Assembly (NCBI GenBank): GCA_017654855.1
Contig: CM030332.1
Span: 7,316,001 to 7,380,000 of the forward strand
From: Podospora anserina
Lineage: Eukaryota
DNA length: 64,000 nucleotides
Direction: 5' to 3'
Part shown: positions 25,278 through 38,073 of the stretch, one piece after another
Layout: each line of letters opens with the position of its first letter
Position numbering within the stretch: position 1 is the stretch's first letter
The notes under the pieces: generated by a model
Databases searched by the model: none
Told to the model about the DNA's origin: nothing
What the model saw: only the letters and a program-made list of their open reading frames with translations
Position numbers and translations under genes: made by a program

Positions 25278-26104
25278 ATGCGTTACCTCTCCTTTTCAGT
25301 TTTTGCCCTAGGCATCACCACCACCTCCGCCACCATCCTCGTCTCGGACGGACACGGCGGCGTCATCCACAACCCTCGGTACACCCACCAAAGAATCGAC
25401 AGCCGCAACGTCAAGATCGACAACCTCGCCCTCCACGCCGCAGTCCGAAGGTTCAACGTTGAGCAACTCCACAACCTGACGAGCACTCTCCCCGTGTTGA
25501 TACCCCGACAGGCGGCAAACCTCCAGGTTTTTACCTCCGCTTTGGGGGGGGCTACGGCGCCTGCTATTACCAACTCTGGTGATCCTGACAGACCGTTTGC
25601 TGTCGACGGGGATACCTTTCCCGATTTTGCGACGGCGAGCAACAGGGCTTGTGACAACCAGAAGAATGCCTGTGCCAAGATTGCGAATGAGGGGGGCCAG
25701 AGGGACGGGGAGTTGACGGTGGGGGAGTGTGACAGGCAGATGGGTGAGTTTTGCTTACTTCACACTTACACTGGAGAGGGATAGCATCCCTAGATAGGGC
25801 TGACATAGGAATAGAACAATGCAAGAGTGCGGCGCTTTCGGCAGCCAACAGATCTTTTGATGGCGCCGCGGGTGAGCAGCAGCAGCAGCAGCCACCGCCG
25901 CAGCAAGGGGGCGGTCGTGGTGATGATGGAGGACAGAGGCAGGATCCGAATCGGGGGCAGGATCAGGGACAGGATCAGGGACAGGATCAGGGACAGGATC
26001 AGGGACAGGATCAGGGACAGGATCAGGGACAGGAGGAACAGGCGCCGCCCGAGTCGGTGCTGGTTAGTTCGGATGAGAATTTTGATTTCTTCTGTGATGT
26101 TTAG
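25278..26104 (+). CDS. Secreted Cys-containing protein of unknown function with QDQG repeats, ~251 aa, 2 exons (25278-25743, 25815-26104)
   Basis: Hydrophobic N-terminus. Domain ANLQVFTSALGG...PFAVDGDTF...RACDNQKNACAKIAN...CDRQMEQCK. Intron GTGAGT...GCTGAC...TAG (71 nt) joins two ORFs from the track in frame. Confidence 0.8.
25958..26029 (+). repeat. Perfect 12-bp coding minisatellite (CAGGATCAGGGA)x6
   Basis: Six identical units read directly; they encode (QDQG)6. Confidence 0.95.
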
Positions 26105-27645
26105 GCCTGGGAATTCGGGAGGCGTGGGAGACTGATGTTTTTTCTTTGGTGGGTATTTACAGTAAGGGAATCGGGAAGGCAATGGTTGGTGTAAGTGACG
26201 AGGAGGCCGGGATTGGGCAACATGGAGCACTGTTGTTTCAGACAACTCGCCATTGGGCACGGAATCGGGCGTGGGAGGCGGTTTTCCGCCTTTTTGTATA
26301 TCAATGGTATTATTGGGTATAGGGTGTTTATGAAGATGTCACGAAGGTCCGGGTTTTGCTCATCTGAATTCCATTCCATGAGGCGAGATGGCTATCCCTA
26401 CCGTTGCTGCACGAGTCGCTGCCCGATATGCATCACCGTATGCATCACCGTCAAAACATACAGAAGTGGCGGGACTGCCAAACGTACGGCCGGGTCCCAT
26501 CAAACAACTCATTGTTTCGGGAAGTCTGGCTGCTTCGGCCGGCCTGGCTGCCGATAACCAACCCCCCGCGATCTTCGGAACGGACCGAGACACTGCTGAT
26601 TGTACGGAGTACGGTTGAGCATAATCATTTCATCTGCCAGCATTTTGAAAGGTAAATTGAAGATGTGATGCAATTGGCTTCCGTGTGAGTTCAAATGTGG
26701 ATCCCGCCGGCCTGCCTTAGTGCCAAGGGAAACCATGCGCGCGTGGCCTATGCACAATGTCGTGGCCAGTCGGTTGTCGTTTTGATGGCACGCTTTCCGT
26801 GCTGTTTTGGTTGTTTTCTGAACTTTTAAACTTTTTCGGGGCGAGCCAAGTATAGTTCTAGAGAGCTGGTAACCTGGAAGTTGAGGAGGTAAAAAACCAG
26901 CCGCCGTTGCAAAACCTGGAGAAAGTTCTACAAGTTGTGTCTTTTGCCTATGGTTTCTTTAGCATCAAGAACCCTTACGATCAGCCCCTGTTTGCTTCTT
27001 CAGGTGTCATCCAGCCAACAGCACCGAAATTACGGATTGGTCTGCTTCGTCCAGCAGTGGAGCGCGACAAGGCCCCGGCTCATTAAAGCAGGTGTTCCCA
27101 GTCCGAAAAAATAATTGCTAGTTGGCCCACGACACCCTCTCCTCGTCCTAACCCGGTCTCTCCACCTCCCCTCCCCATCCCCATCTCGAGCCAGACACAC
27201 GGTCATTCTCGCGTCCCTTTTACAGCTGCAAGCTGCCGAGTCGAGTCCATCGCCAGCCTGCCCTGTTGCGCATCCATGTGTTTGTGCGGATCGAACCCCT
27301 TTACCTTTCTTGTCGCTCCTTTAGCCTCAGTTTAATTATTTCCTTGGCCATATTCACTTCGCCTGCCGACAGCCAACGTCGGACACGCGTCGTCGCGTCC
27401 AGCCCGCCCGACCGTTGCTGCATCTGTATTCCCTAGCCACCTCCCAGGTTTCCCCAGGAAATCCGACGTGGGAGTTTTGGGCTTGTTTACGGAGACGATA
27501 CTCGTCCCGCCTAGATAATAATCGAGGACCAGTAGCAGACGACGCTCAACTCGTCTGCGCTGGCTCTCGGCCTGGTGAGTAACGCACCTAAACCCAATTC
27601 CATCGCTGCCGTCCAACCATCGACCACGCTGAGCCACCCACGCAT

Positions 27646-30600
27646 ATGTCCCGGCAGCCAGCTCACCCCCGCCACCACCAACATGTTCGGCTAACATTGG
27701 GTGTCGCTCCCAGTTTCCTAAAAACGTCTTCCTTAAAGTTGTCACCACAGACTCCTCCTCGTGCACTGGCACAGGACGGCCCTCTCAAGCCGATCTCCAA
27801 GTTGCAGGCCTACCCACCACCATCGATTGCATCGTCCCCTGCCCTCTCGAGCGCTTCCACTGCCGACGGCGAGGCATCCCCCGTACTACCGCCTCTGCCA
27901 GTACCTAGATTACCTGAACGAGTCCGTGGTCTCTTGAGGACTCCACCGCCCGCCGCTGAGAGATCAGGAGACGAGGATAGCAGGGACGAAGGCTTGGCTC
28001 CTGGCGCCACCGATTGGGGTTCCCCCTACCCCTCGAACCTTCGAACCGACAGCACCTCTAGCAGCGACCTTTCTGGGGACTCTCCCATACCAATCCACCG
28101 CCTTCAACTACAAACCCCCTTCTTGCGTCCCGCCCCGCTCATCGAAGAACCGCAGCCGGAGCCCCCACGGCAGTCAGGCCTGAGTGCGGCTGCAGCTGTG
28201 CTTGCGAACCGAGCCAGGCGCATTGCGCACGGAATCACAGAGGATTGGATACGTCAGCACACGGCTGCTGGAGGTGACCAGGAAAAACGACATTGGTTCA
28301 GTGACGGAACCGGCGATAGTGAGAACTCTTCACTGAGCGGCTCATTTTCCGGTGAGGAAGCTGCGTGGTTGGGATACGACGATATCAACCTTGAAACCCC
28401 ACGACCAAGAAGTCGCGAGACCGATAACGGACGGTGGCTGTCATCCGGCCTCGACCGCAGAAAGCAGGCCAGTAACGAAACGTTGAGACAATCCCACCTG
28501 GACCGTGCAAAAGAAGCCCCGGCCGCCAAAATGGTGTCTTCCGACGAGAGGTCAACGCCCGATAGCGTGGGCAACCGCGGAGTCACAACTGACTCGTTGT
28601 CGGCCACTCAGGGGCGTCTCAACCTCCCTGAGAGGCCCGGCACACCGAAACTGAACGTAATCAGCGGATCGGCGAGTGTGACGCAGACAGAGCATAAGGC
28701 GCCATCAACACCGTCAAGAGCGGCTGTCAAGCGCGCGTCTCTGAGTGCGACCCCCCGCGCATTCAGGAAAAAGGTACCTTGGAAGGGTAAAAACATCATG
28801 GTATGCTTCCCGAGCAACGACCGACGGGGTCAGCCCGGCGGGCCTCCAATGCCCCTTACCGAGACCCAGGTGAAGGGCATGCTTCGAAGTTGGGAGGAGC
28901 TTGGGTACAACACCGAAGGATTCGATTTAGCATCGGATGCACAAGAGCTTGGGACTGCGGAGCATTCACATAGTAGGGGATCTTGGCCCGACTTTGATGA
29001 TGTCGCACGGGAGCGGCAGAGCGGCAAATACCCAATAGTCCTTCCCGATCTCAATGGTATGTTCTCGGATGCGAATTGTGCGCTTTACTGCTGCTTTGTT
29101 TCTAACATTGTTCACCGCTTGCAGCCTGGAAGAAATACGTCGACGAGCTCAACGAGGCCAAACTCCGCGCCCTGGGCGTTTCGTTTGGCGATGAAGAACC
29201 TCCCCTCCCTCCGCCGCCAGCGATCTCCCCCGCTACGTCGATGAGCCGGCAAACGTCGATGCAATATCCGCCCCTGCCATTCTCCCCACCGATTCCAACG
29301 TCCTCCGCATCGAGCAACCAAGCAGTCCCCGGCTTCCCATTCAACGTGCCGTTCGTCACCTCTGCCGCCCAGAGTCCAGGTATCCCGGCCGGCGCATCAC
29401 CGGGGCCGTTCAACAAGTTCAATCCCCGGGCGTCTATCTCGATCCCTTCGCCACATGGGTGGTCTCCCTCCATCATGCTCGGGCACCGTGTCGGCTCGCC
29501 CTCGCTCGCAAACCTCAGCGCCATGATGTCTCCTACTTCCCCATTCTCTCCTGATGGGATGGGCCCTGTCGGGCCTGTTGGACACCAACGGCATCAGTCA
29601 CTACAGTTCCCTGTCTTGCCTCACCAGTTCCAAGTGCCAGTCAGAGCCTCGCCGCGCCTGCAGGATCTATGCGAAATCGACGAGGAACCGGCAGAGGAAG
29701 AGGCATCGAAGCCCCACGAGGCCGGCTTTGTGCACCACAACGCTAGTGATAGCTTGCAGAAGGAAATTGACGAGGCTGAGTATCACCTCGAGGAGCAGAT
29801 GCGCTCCCAGCTCGACAATGACGAAGACTACAGCCCCCACAACGAAAACGATAAGGGAGAGATGCCTGCATTGCCGTCTGTGCAGTTCGCGGCTCAAGCC
29901 CCTCAGTTTAGTCAAGCGGATGGTCTTGTCTTGCATCACCCCAGACCGCACAGCCGAGGTCACTCGCTCTCTCAGAAGTTTTATACCGAAGACGACGCAA
30001 CTGTCGAGGGTGGCTACAGACCCACGCTACAGGGCATTAGTTCGCACTTGTCAGAAGATTCCGAGATCGAGACCAATCCGAGTAATCTGGGAACTCCTGT
30101 TCAGAACTTTGATTTTGCCAAGATCGCCCACCAGCGGACGCTGTCGAATGACAGCAACCCATGGCAACACAGTGAGCCCGGAAGGCCGGCTGCTAACGGC
30201 AATCACCAGCCACGCGTAAGCCACGGCAGCAAGTCTTCTTTCTCGAAGCTCAATGTTGAGGCTCCGGAGTTCAAGTTCAAGCCCGCGAACTCGTTCACTC
30301 CAGGTAACGGGTTTGCCTTCTCAAACTCCTCGTTCGCGACCCCTGTCTTCAACGCAGGGTTACCGCAGACCGTTCCCAATGCGTTTGGTATGGCGGCTCC
30401 GTTGCCAGCGCCCGTTCCAGCTCCTGTGCCAGCTCCTGGCCCTACCAAGATTAATGTCAACGCTGCGCCCTTTTCGCCTGGATCGAGCGACTTTAGCTTC
30501 TCAAGCTCAGGCCCCAAGTTCAGACCTGATGCTCCCGCCTTCACCCCAACCGGCATCCCCGGAGTGACTGCTGGTTCCGTGAAGAGCACGAGCAAGCCTG

Positions 30601-33600
30601 GCTCCATCTTTGGAAGCATTGATCTTTCTGCCGCGGACATTGTCAAGCCCGCGAAGAAGTCGCAGGCCGTTCCTATCACCAAGCCTGAGGATGAACAGCC
30701 CGATGAGGAGCGTGAGGGTGGCAAGGCCCCTGGTCAGTACACTGGCGAGGAGACACGCAGCAAACGAGCCAGGTCTTCGGTTGCTCCCGATGATGATATT
30801 GCTCTCTTTGCGGAACGTACAGACGACCCTACCTTGGTCGTCGCCAAGCCAGAGACGGTTGCCGAAGACGATGGACCGGTGGAGGACAAGTCCTTCGATG
30901 AGTCGAACAACGGCCAAGAAGACACTGCGCAGTCATCCATGGTCATTTCAGCAACACCGGATACCGAGGCTGCAATCAGTCCCTCTGAAACTTCACCGGA
31001 CCAGGCGACTGTTCCTTGGGCGCCATTCGAGTTCAATAAGCCGACTGAGATGCAGGCATTCGCCGAGGCCGCGCCATTCGAGCCTGGAAGCTTCAAGGCT
31101 GGCCATACGAAATCACTTTCAGCCACGGCCAAGGCCTTCGTTCCTGGCGTGCCTGTGTGGGAAGACGATAAAGATACCACTCCTGAAGCTACACCTATCG
31201 TTGCCAACGACGAACATTCAGGACTCAGTCAAGATGCCGCTGAAACAGTCGTCGAGTCTATCGAGCAGCCAGAGGAGGACCTCGAAGTGCCGAGTCCCGC
31301 TGCCACCCGATCACTCGACAAGGAACTACCCCCAGCTGCTAAGGGGTTGGCCGCGTCCCGTTATGCCCGCTCCTCCCCTCCACCTCCGCCTCCACCCAAG
31401 CAAAGCGGGCTCTCGGCCTCCCGGTTTGCCACCGCTCCCTCCCCGAGCAACGAGCAACCACAGCAACAAGTTTCCATGCCTGCTTCGTCTACTGAACTTG
31501 ATGACAAGCCCTTGCCCTCAGCTCCGGCGGAGGAGGCTGCTGGGGATATGCTTGCCGAACCCACCATGGCTGATCTGGATGAGATCATGCGTCGACTCAA
31601 CGAAAATCCGGATATGGGTGTGAAAAAGACGTATAACAACGAGCACCAATGGGCCCATGCTGACCCAGCTCCTCCTGGGGGAACGTCATTGGAGGTTCCA
31701 CTTGACGCGCCTCTGCTCCGCAGCGAGGCTCCTAGCCCTAAGCCAAGCAGCCGTCAGTACGATGAAATGGCCGACTCCCCAAGGACGTTGTCTGCCGAGC
31801 CTGAAGATCCGTTCAACGATCAAATGCAGTACACAGAGGGTGCAGTTCAGCGCCTCAATGGAAGCGAGAGCCTTCCTGCTAGCGACTGGGAGGGCACCTT
31901 CACAGAGGACGAACAAACGAAGCTTGAGTCGCGTGTCAAGTTCTTTGACGGCCGTGTCAGCGATCTTGTTGATGGACTGCTTGCTGCTCGCCTCAAGCCT
32001 TTGGAGCAGCTTGTCTCTGGTCTTGCTCGCAGCGGAAAGCACCTTCATTCTTCCCAGCCACGTCGCAGTGTGTCGGATACGGAAGATGGCGACGACGAAG
32101 AGGATGGGTTGACTCATCTCAGGCGCCCTGCGAGCCCCCGCCGGGACCGCAGAATGCAGCAAATTCGTGCGGCCGTTTCCGAGGCGCTCGTAGCTCACCA
32201 AAAGATTCCAGCAGAATCGGCTCGTTCTTTGGCGGGCGAGGACAATTCTCGTGTCCTGTCTGTTTTGGAAGAGATGAAGACACAACTCAATGTCAGGGCC
32301 GACATTGGGAGTATCGTGGAGCAGGTTATTGAACGGCGTATCCCGCCCGCGGCTGTGGATAAGGATCATGAGATCAGCCAGTTGCACGCTCGGCTTGCGG
32401 CTTTGGAGCAGCGTCTTCGTGATAGCGATGCCAAGCTGGCAGCTGAAACTGCCGCTAGACGGGCGGCCGAGGATAGTGCCGCCAGGGCTAGCCGTGAGCT
32501 TGAGAATGCGGCTACCAAGATTGATGTTGAAATGATGAACAAGAGCTCCTTGGGGCAGCGCATCAACGACCTCGAGGAGCGTGTGCACCACGCCGAGCAT
32601 CAGGTGGAGGAGGCAGTCAACGGTAGAAGGGCTGCTGAAGATCGTCTTGCAGAGAACCAGCGGTTGCTTCGCATCTCTTCAGAAGAGGAGACTCGTCTTC
32701 GTGAACACGTCGATACTAAGGATAGCGAGATGAACGAGGCGCGCAAGGAAACTCTGCACTGGCGGGGTGAAGCTACCCGTATTGCTACTATTGCTCAGAG
32801 ACGGGATAAGGACCTTGCTCAGGCGCTTGACGAAAATAAGGCGCTGCACAAGCTCATTGAGACCCTTGGCACCCAGGTCGAGGAGAACGAGCGTGTCCGT
32901 GACAACTATCGCACCAAGTTGTTCTCTCTCCAGGAGGACATGGCCAAGGCTGCAAAGGATATTGCTGAGGAGAATGCCCGTCATGCCAAGCGGGAGCAAG
33001 GCCTTGTCGCTCGGCAGGAGGTTCTCGAGGCTAGACTTCAGGCCGAGGCTCGAACTCGCGAGCGCATTGAGACTGAGCTCCAGAGGCTGGAAATGGGCGA
33101 GCGCCAGGGCATGCGCGCTGTCGCTGAGTGTAAGAGACTCGAAAATGTTCTCGCCGAGATGCGCACCGAGAATCACAAGTTGCACCAGAGCGCCCTCCGC
33201 TACCAGGCCGAATTTGAAGAGGCTAGGGAGTCTGCTGCCCGTGAGGTTCAACGCACTCGCGATGCTATGCAGAGCGAAATCGACGCTGCCAATCACCAGG
33301 TCAACGTTGCTCGCAACGAGCTTGAGGACCAGATGGCGAGACTTAGAAGCCAGCTCGACCAAGTCAAGATGGATGCTGACACTTCCAAGGCGCGCCTTGA
33401 GATGCTCTTGGAGGAAGCTCAAACCACCAAGCAGACCGAGCTTGAAGCCCTTGCTGAGAAACATCAGAACGAGATGGAGGACCTGCAGGCACGCTACGAC
33501 CGCCAGCTCAGCAACACCAGAGAAGATGCCCACCGCACTGAGCAGAACCTGCTGGAGCGTCTTAGCATCTCCACCTCCAAGTCCGAGCACCTCCAAGACA

Positions 33601-34598
33601 AGGTCGCCCATTTCGAGGAGAAGCTTGAGATTGCCAAGGAGGCTGCACGGGCTGCTGCTCAGGCTGCCAAGTCGTCTGTTGGTGGTGCGGAATTACCTGC
33701 CCAGGTTGGCGCTTCCGCGGCCAGGGAATTGGGAGTTCCAGAGAGGATTTCGCCCCAGGCTCTGCGCGAGTCCATCATGGTCTTGCAAGAGCAGCTCCAG
33801 GAGCGTGAGCAGAGAATTGAGGAGCTTGACCAGAAGCTTGCCAAGGTTGATCCCGAAGCGGAGACCAAGATTTCCAAGCGCGACGACGAGATCATCTGGC
33901 TCCGTGAGCTTCTTGCCGTCAGACACTCGGATCTGCAGGACATTATTGCTGCTCTCGGACGTGAAGATTACGACAAGAACACGGTCAAGGATGCGGCGAT
34001 CCGTCTCAAGGCCAACCTCCAAATGGAGGAGCAGGAACGCGAAAGGGCACTCAATGGTGGTTCTGCCATCAACCTGCCCAACATTGCCGCCACCATTCGC
34101 GAAGCGGCTACTCCCCGCGTTGCCCAGGCTGTTGGTCCTTTGGCGGCCGCGTGGGGTAACTGGCGCAGGTCGAGAGATCCGTCGTTTGGTGCTGCCAGCA
34201 GTGTACAGTCGCCCACCGGGTCGACTAGTGGCAGCAGCACCACACCATCCAAGAGCGGCCCTACTGCGAGCGGCTTCCTCGGGGGTCTGTTGACACCTCC
34301 TGCCTCCAGTCTTAGACAGACGCCAACCGCCCCTCCAGTAAAGCAGCCGACTGCTTTCTCGAGCACCGGACGCCGCTTCACTGCCCAGGACCTTGCCAAC
34401 CGACCTCTCGGGCCAGCTTCTGCCGCCGTGCAACAAGCGCAACTAGAGACGGCAGCTGCTGTCCCCGCTCTCCCCTCGGTGTTGAGCACCCCGCCCCGTC
34501 GCACCGTCTCTTCCGGACCAGTGACACCGCCGATGCGGGACAACGCCTACGACTCCGATGCGCAAGACTTTGACGATGCCGAATTTTATGAGGAATGA
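27646..34598 (+). CDS. Large (~2294 aa) scaffold protein: disordered N-half with four PAM2-like motifs and a long C-terminal coiled coil (Upa2-like architecture); 2 exons (27646-29056, 29125-34598)
   Basis: Intron GTATGT...TCTAAC...CAG (68 nt) gives LPDLN-A-WKKYVDELNEAKLRALGV. Heptad E/K/R/A/L-rich region at ~32360-34050. Motifs KLNVEAPEF, KINVNAAPFSP, KFRPDAPAFTP, SLSATAKAFVP. Start Met uncertain. Confidence 0.85.
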
Positions 34599-36871
34599 GC
34601 ACGTCCTCAGGAACCAGCATCATCATCAGTCCGTGTCTCTAAGCCCACGTGGCTAAAATTATTATAACCCCCTGTCTCCTTTGTTTATTTTCTATTGTTT
34701 GTGTTGTCGTCAATCAAGATGGAGGAGGAGAGAGTTGTAGATAATGATGGATGGGAACGCGAGTTTTGGCATGAAACACACACCAATCAGCAACATGGTT
34801 TACATACACAAACACCCATTCACACACTGAGAGAAAAAAAAGAAAGCAAAAACTAGAATGATACCCCTTCCCCCTTTTATATATTTCTCTCACTACCAGA
34901 TTGTTGTTGTTGTTGTTGTTTGAGAAAACTTTGGTAATTTTGGCTTTTTGTCGATAGTTGTTGTTTCTGAGGAGGAGGAAAGCAAAGTTCGGTTTTAATC
35001 AATTCACTGTCATTGTCTTTTTTTTTTTTAGTTGGCACCAGCAGCAAGTTTGGTTTTGGATGTATGATTCTGTATATTGCCTTCTCTTCTGTCTCCCTCC
35101 CCTTAAAAAAAAGGGTGAGCTTTTGAATGTTTGTGTTTGTTTTTTTGTTATGCATTTTTTGTTGTAAATTGAGAATGAAAGATAAGAATGGTCACATGTT
35201 GCGAGACGAATAGTTGCTGGCTTTGGCATTGGCGTTTTTGTTTTTTTTGTTTTGTTTAATTTTGTTGATAAAAGTACACCACCCAAAGAGCAGTTCTCTC
35301 AGACCTGATAGGGTTATTATAAAGGAAGGGAGCGCAGGGAGGGTTGAGGTTGAGGTTGGGGTTCGGGGGGAGGGGGACGGTGGTAGGGGATGTGTTGTTT
35401 TGTTAGTTGAGGTTGCTGTTTGTATATAGCATGGAAGAGCAGGCAGAGTAAAAAAGAAAAAATTGTTGTTTTTAAAACGTTGGAGTAGCCCACACGGTGA
35501 TGTGAGATGGAGGAGGAAGGGGAGTCCTTGTTATAGAAAGGGGCAGGGTGGGGAAGACCCCTGATTATATGCAGCCCTATCGGAATATTCCGATGCAGGT
35601 TGGACAAAAGTGCCCCCTGAGAGACCCCATGATTTAGTGGGGAAGGTGATGTGGGGAGGTAAATACCTAATGGTGAGGGTATCGCCATTCACTGCCAAAA
35701 CCACCTGTAGTTGCAAGCTGAAAATGGTGGTGTTCATCCCAAGTCCAAGTCTGGGCGTGATGTTATGATGTGTCAAAACTGTCGTTGTGCTACTAGCCTG
35801 CGACGCTGGGGCCGTAGAAGTGTCAGACCCCTTGAGGACGGTAGCTATTGGTGTTTCTTAAGTCTCAAGAAGCAATGGGGAGCACACAGAACTCTGTTTG
35901 TATATACAGTGGCAGACATACCTCTACGGCTATGAGGTATCACAGCCTGACGCCCAAAACGAACTGCTTATCTCTATCAAGCAAACAACAGCAATGGCAT
36001 CAACAGAGACTCCGTCCTCTTCTTACGATTTGTTGCGGAACATGTTCATAACCCCTTCACTTTCCAGCTAGACTTCCTCGAGAAACTACTTACTACCGCC
36101 GTCGCACAAACAATTAGACGGTATATATCTCAACACAGAAAAGGAAAAGAAGCGCACCTTGTTCTGGCGGACTGTCTTCTGGTTCACGCTTTTGCGCCCT
36201 ATCTACTACGCAATCATGATTCCGGTGTGGTTATGGAGGAAAGTACGAGAAAAACGACGCCAGGCGGTTGAAGATGGTGAAATCCGGGCGGTTATACCCC
36301 AAGAACAACAACCACGATCAAGACCCGGAGACGGTCAGGAACCTGCCCGCAGGTCCCAAAGCCGCACTGCTGTCTACCCAAAGCTCCGGGCCTCCCATAA
36401 CCAAACCGTCATCACTGCGTTGGACTGTCGAGAACAAAAATGAAGAGGATGAGGAAGAAGAGGATCTCCGATCGAGTCAAGCTCTTCTTCGAAGCCGCGG
36501 AGGGTGAAACAGGCACGGGGCAGGCACTGTACTGGCGACAGAGCTTTACTGTAGTAGCAGCATTTAAGATCAATAACCGCTCAAGAGCCACGGCTTTATC
36601 GTTCTAGTCATGGCAGGAGGAGCTCTTCTTCATGTTGCAACGAATCCGGCACGTGAGGTATTTGCCAAGAGCAAGTATGGCACGGAAACTTTGCAGATAG
36701 CTTGATCAAGGTAACCTGCTCTGCCCGCACTATATTTCCATACTTTACACGAACCCCCTTGTAAGATTCTCGCATGTGCAGATACCTCAACCTCTCACGC
36801 CTCACCGCCTCTGATGCGGAGCAAATTGATGGCGGTATACCTACTTCAAAAACCCCCCAACAAAGGCGCGC

Positions 36872-37057
36872 TCACATGAAGAGCCATGTAAACACGCTCA
36901 CGAAAACCCAGGTTAGAACCTCTGCATGAGGGCATGGTGCTCCAGGTGCGGCGTTTGGTGGTCCATTGTTGTTGTGGTGGGTATCGTTGTTGTGATGATG
37001 ATGGTGATGCCAGCCCGTGACCAACCTACCGACGAGGCTGGTTGCGTTGAGTGTCAT
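36872..37057 (-). CDS. Possible small single-pass membrane peptide with His tract (61 aa from MTLNATS)
   Basis: MTLNATSLVGRLVTGWHHHHHHNND...EVLTWVFVSVFTWLFM. Hydrophobic C-terminus; no recognisable family. Confidence 0.3.
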   Translation of the reverse strand: MTLNATSLVGRLVTGWHHHHHHNNDTHHNNNGPPNAAPGAPCPHAEVLTWVFVSVFTWLFM

Positions 37058-37827
37058 CTTGAACAAGGCAGGACTTGTGCTGGCGTGTTCGAAGTTGTAG
37101 TTGGTGAAAAGATCGACGAGGGTCTTCTTGTAATAGAATCGCTTGGTATTCTACTGACCACCTGTCGTAAGTTGATTCAATGGGATCCTTGTTATGTTGA
37201 GCACAGTTGACTGTTAGCTATCATGCAACAGTGGGCAGAACACGTCTACGTTAAACCTGTGGGGAGACACTTGATCAGAACCCTGACGGCTAAAACATGA
37301 AAATTCAAGAAATTTTTGAGATGGAAGATTAGGGCAAGCTTCCTGACTTGGAAGAATCAGGGATGATGGTTTCAATCCGATGTTGACAAAGGTTGTCTTG
37401 GCATTCAGGGGATCATGGGCAGCTTGTGTTCCCGCCCACACGGCACAAGATAACACTGTCTGAGAGAACCCCGCCCGCTGTTTTGCTTCGCAAGGTTATC
37501 GAGCGCAAAACCTGGTCGACCAACCGTGGCAAATAATGGCCAGGTGGCTGTTGATGTTCATCGCCGCTGGAAACAAGCTTCACTTCAACTAGCTACCGAT
37601 AACAAGAATCTAACTTTTTCCAGGATCGATATTACGGTAGACCAGAGAAAGCATATCGCACTGATAAACATACAGTACATCGAGGAAACAAGGGAATAAT
37701 GGCGAGTGTAGTTATGACAACGGCGTCAAGCATAGCCAGTTTTATCGGTGTGCCTGCAAAATGCGAGGGGAGCTAGCCGTTGGTTTGACCCCCAGCAGAT
37801 ATCCTTTCGGGGCTTGATTGGGAGAGT

Positions 37828-38073
37828 TTACTTGCCGAATCTGGCTTTGATGAAAATAGCGGCGCCAAGGGTGAGGCAGATCCAAGAGAAAAGGAACCCG
37901 AGAATGAGAAACTTAGAGGCGGGCATGTCAAGTATGGTGTTCGATGTTTGGGTTGTATGGACATTGAGCGGCATCGGCGTTGAAACTGATGAAGTGGTCG
38001 TGGTGAGGGGTGGGCTTAATATGCTGAGGACTTCACTGGCCAGCTGCAGAGTCGTAGAAGTTACATCGCACAT
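37828..38073 (-). CDS. Possible small single-pass membrane protein, 81 aa
   Basis: S/T-rich N-terminus, TM FLILGFLFSWICLTLGAAIFI, basic tail KARFGK (positive-inside pattern). Confidence 0.35.
   Translation of the reverse strand: MCDVTSTTLQLASEVLSILSPPLTTTTSSVSTPMPLNVHTTQTSNTILDMPASKFLILGFLFSWICLTLGAAIFIKARFGK

Noticed and set aside
32767-34293. 508-aa alternative-frame ORF inside the coiled-coil gene
   Set aside because: Arg/Ser-rich off-frame product expected from biased GAG/GCC/CTC codon usage; it has no motifs.
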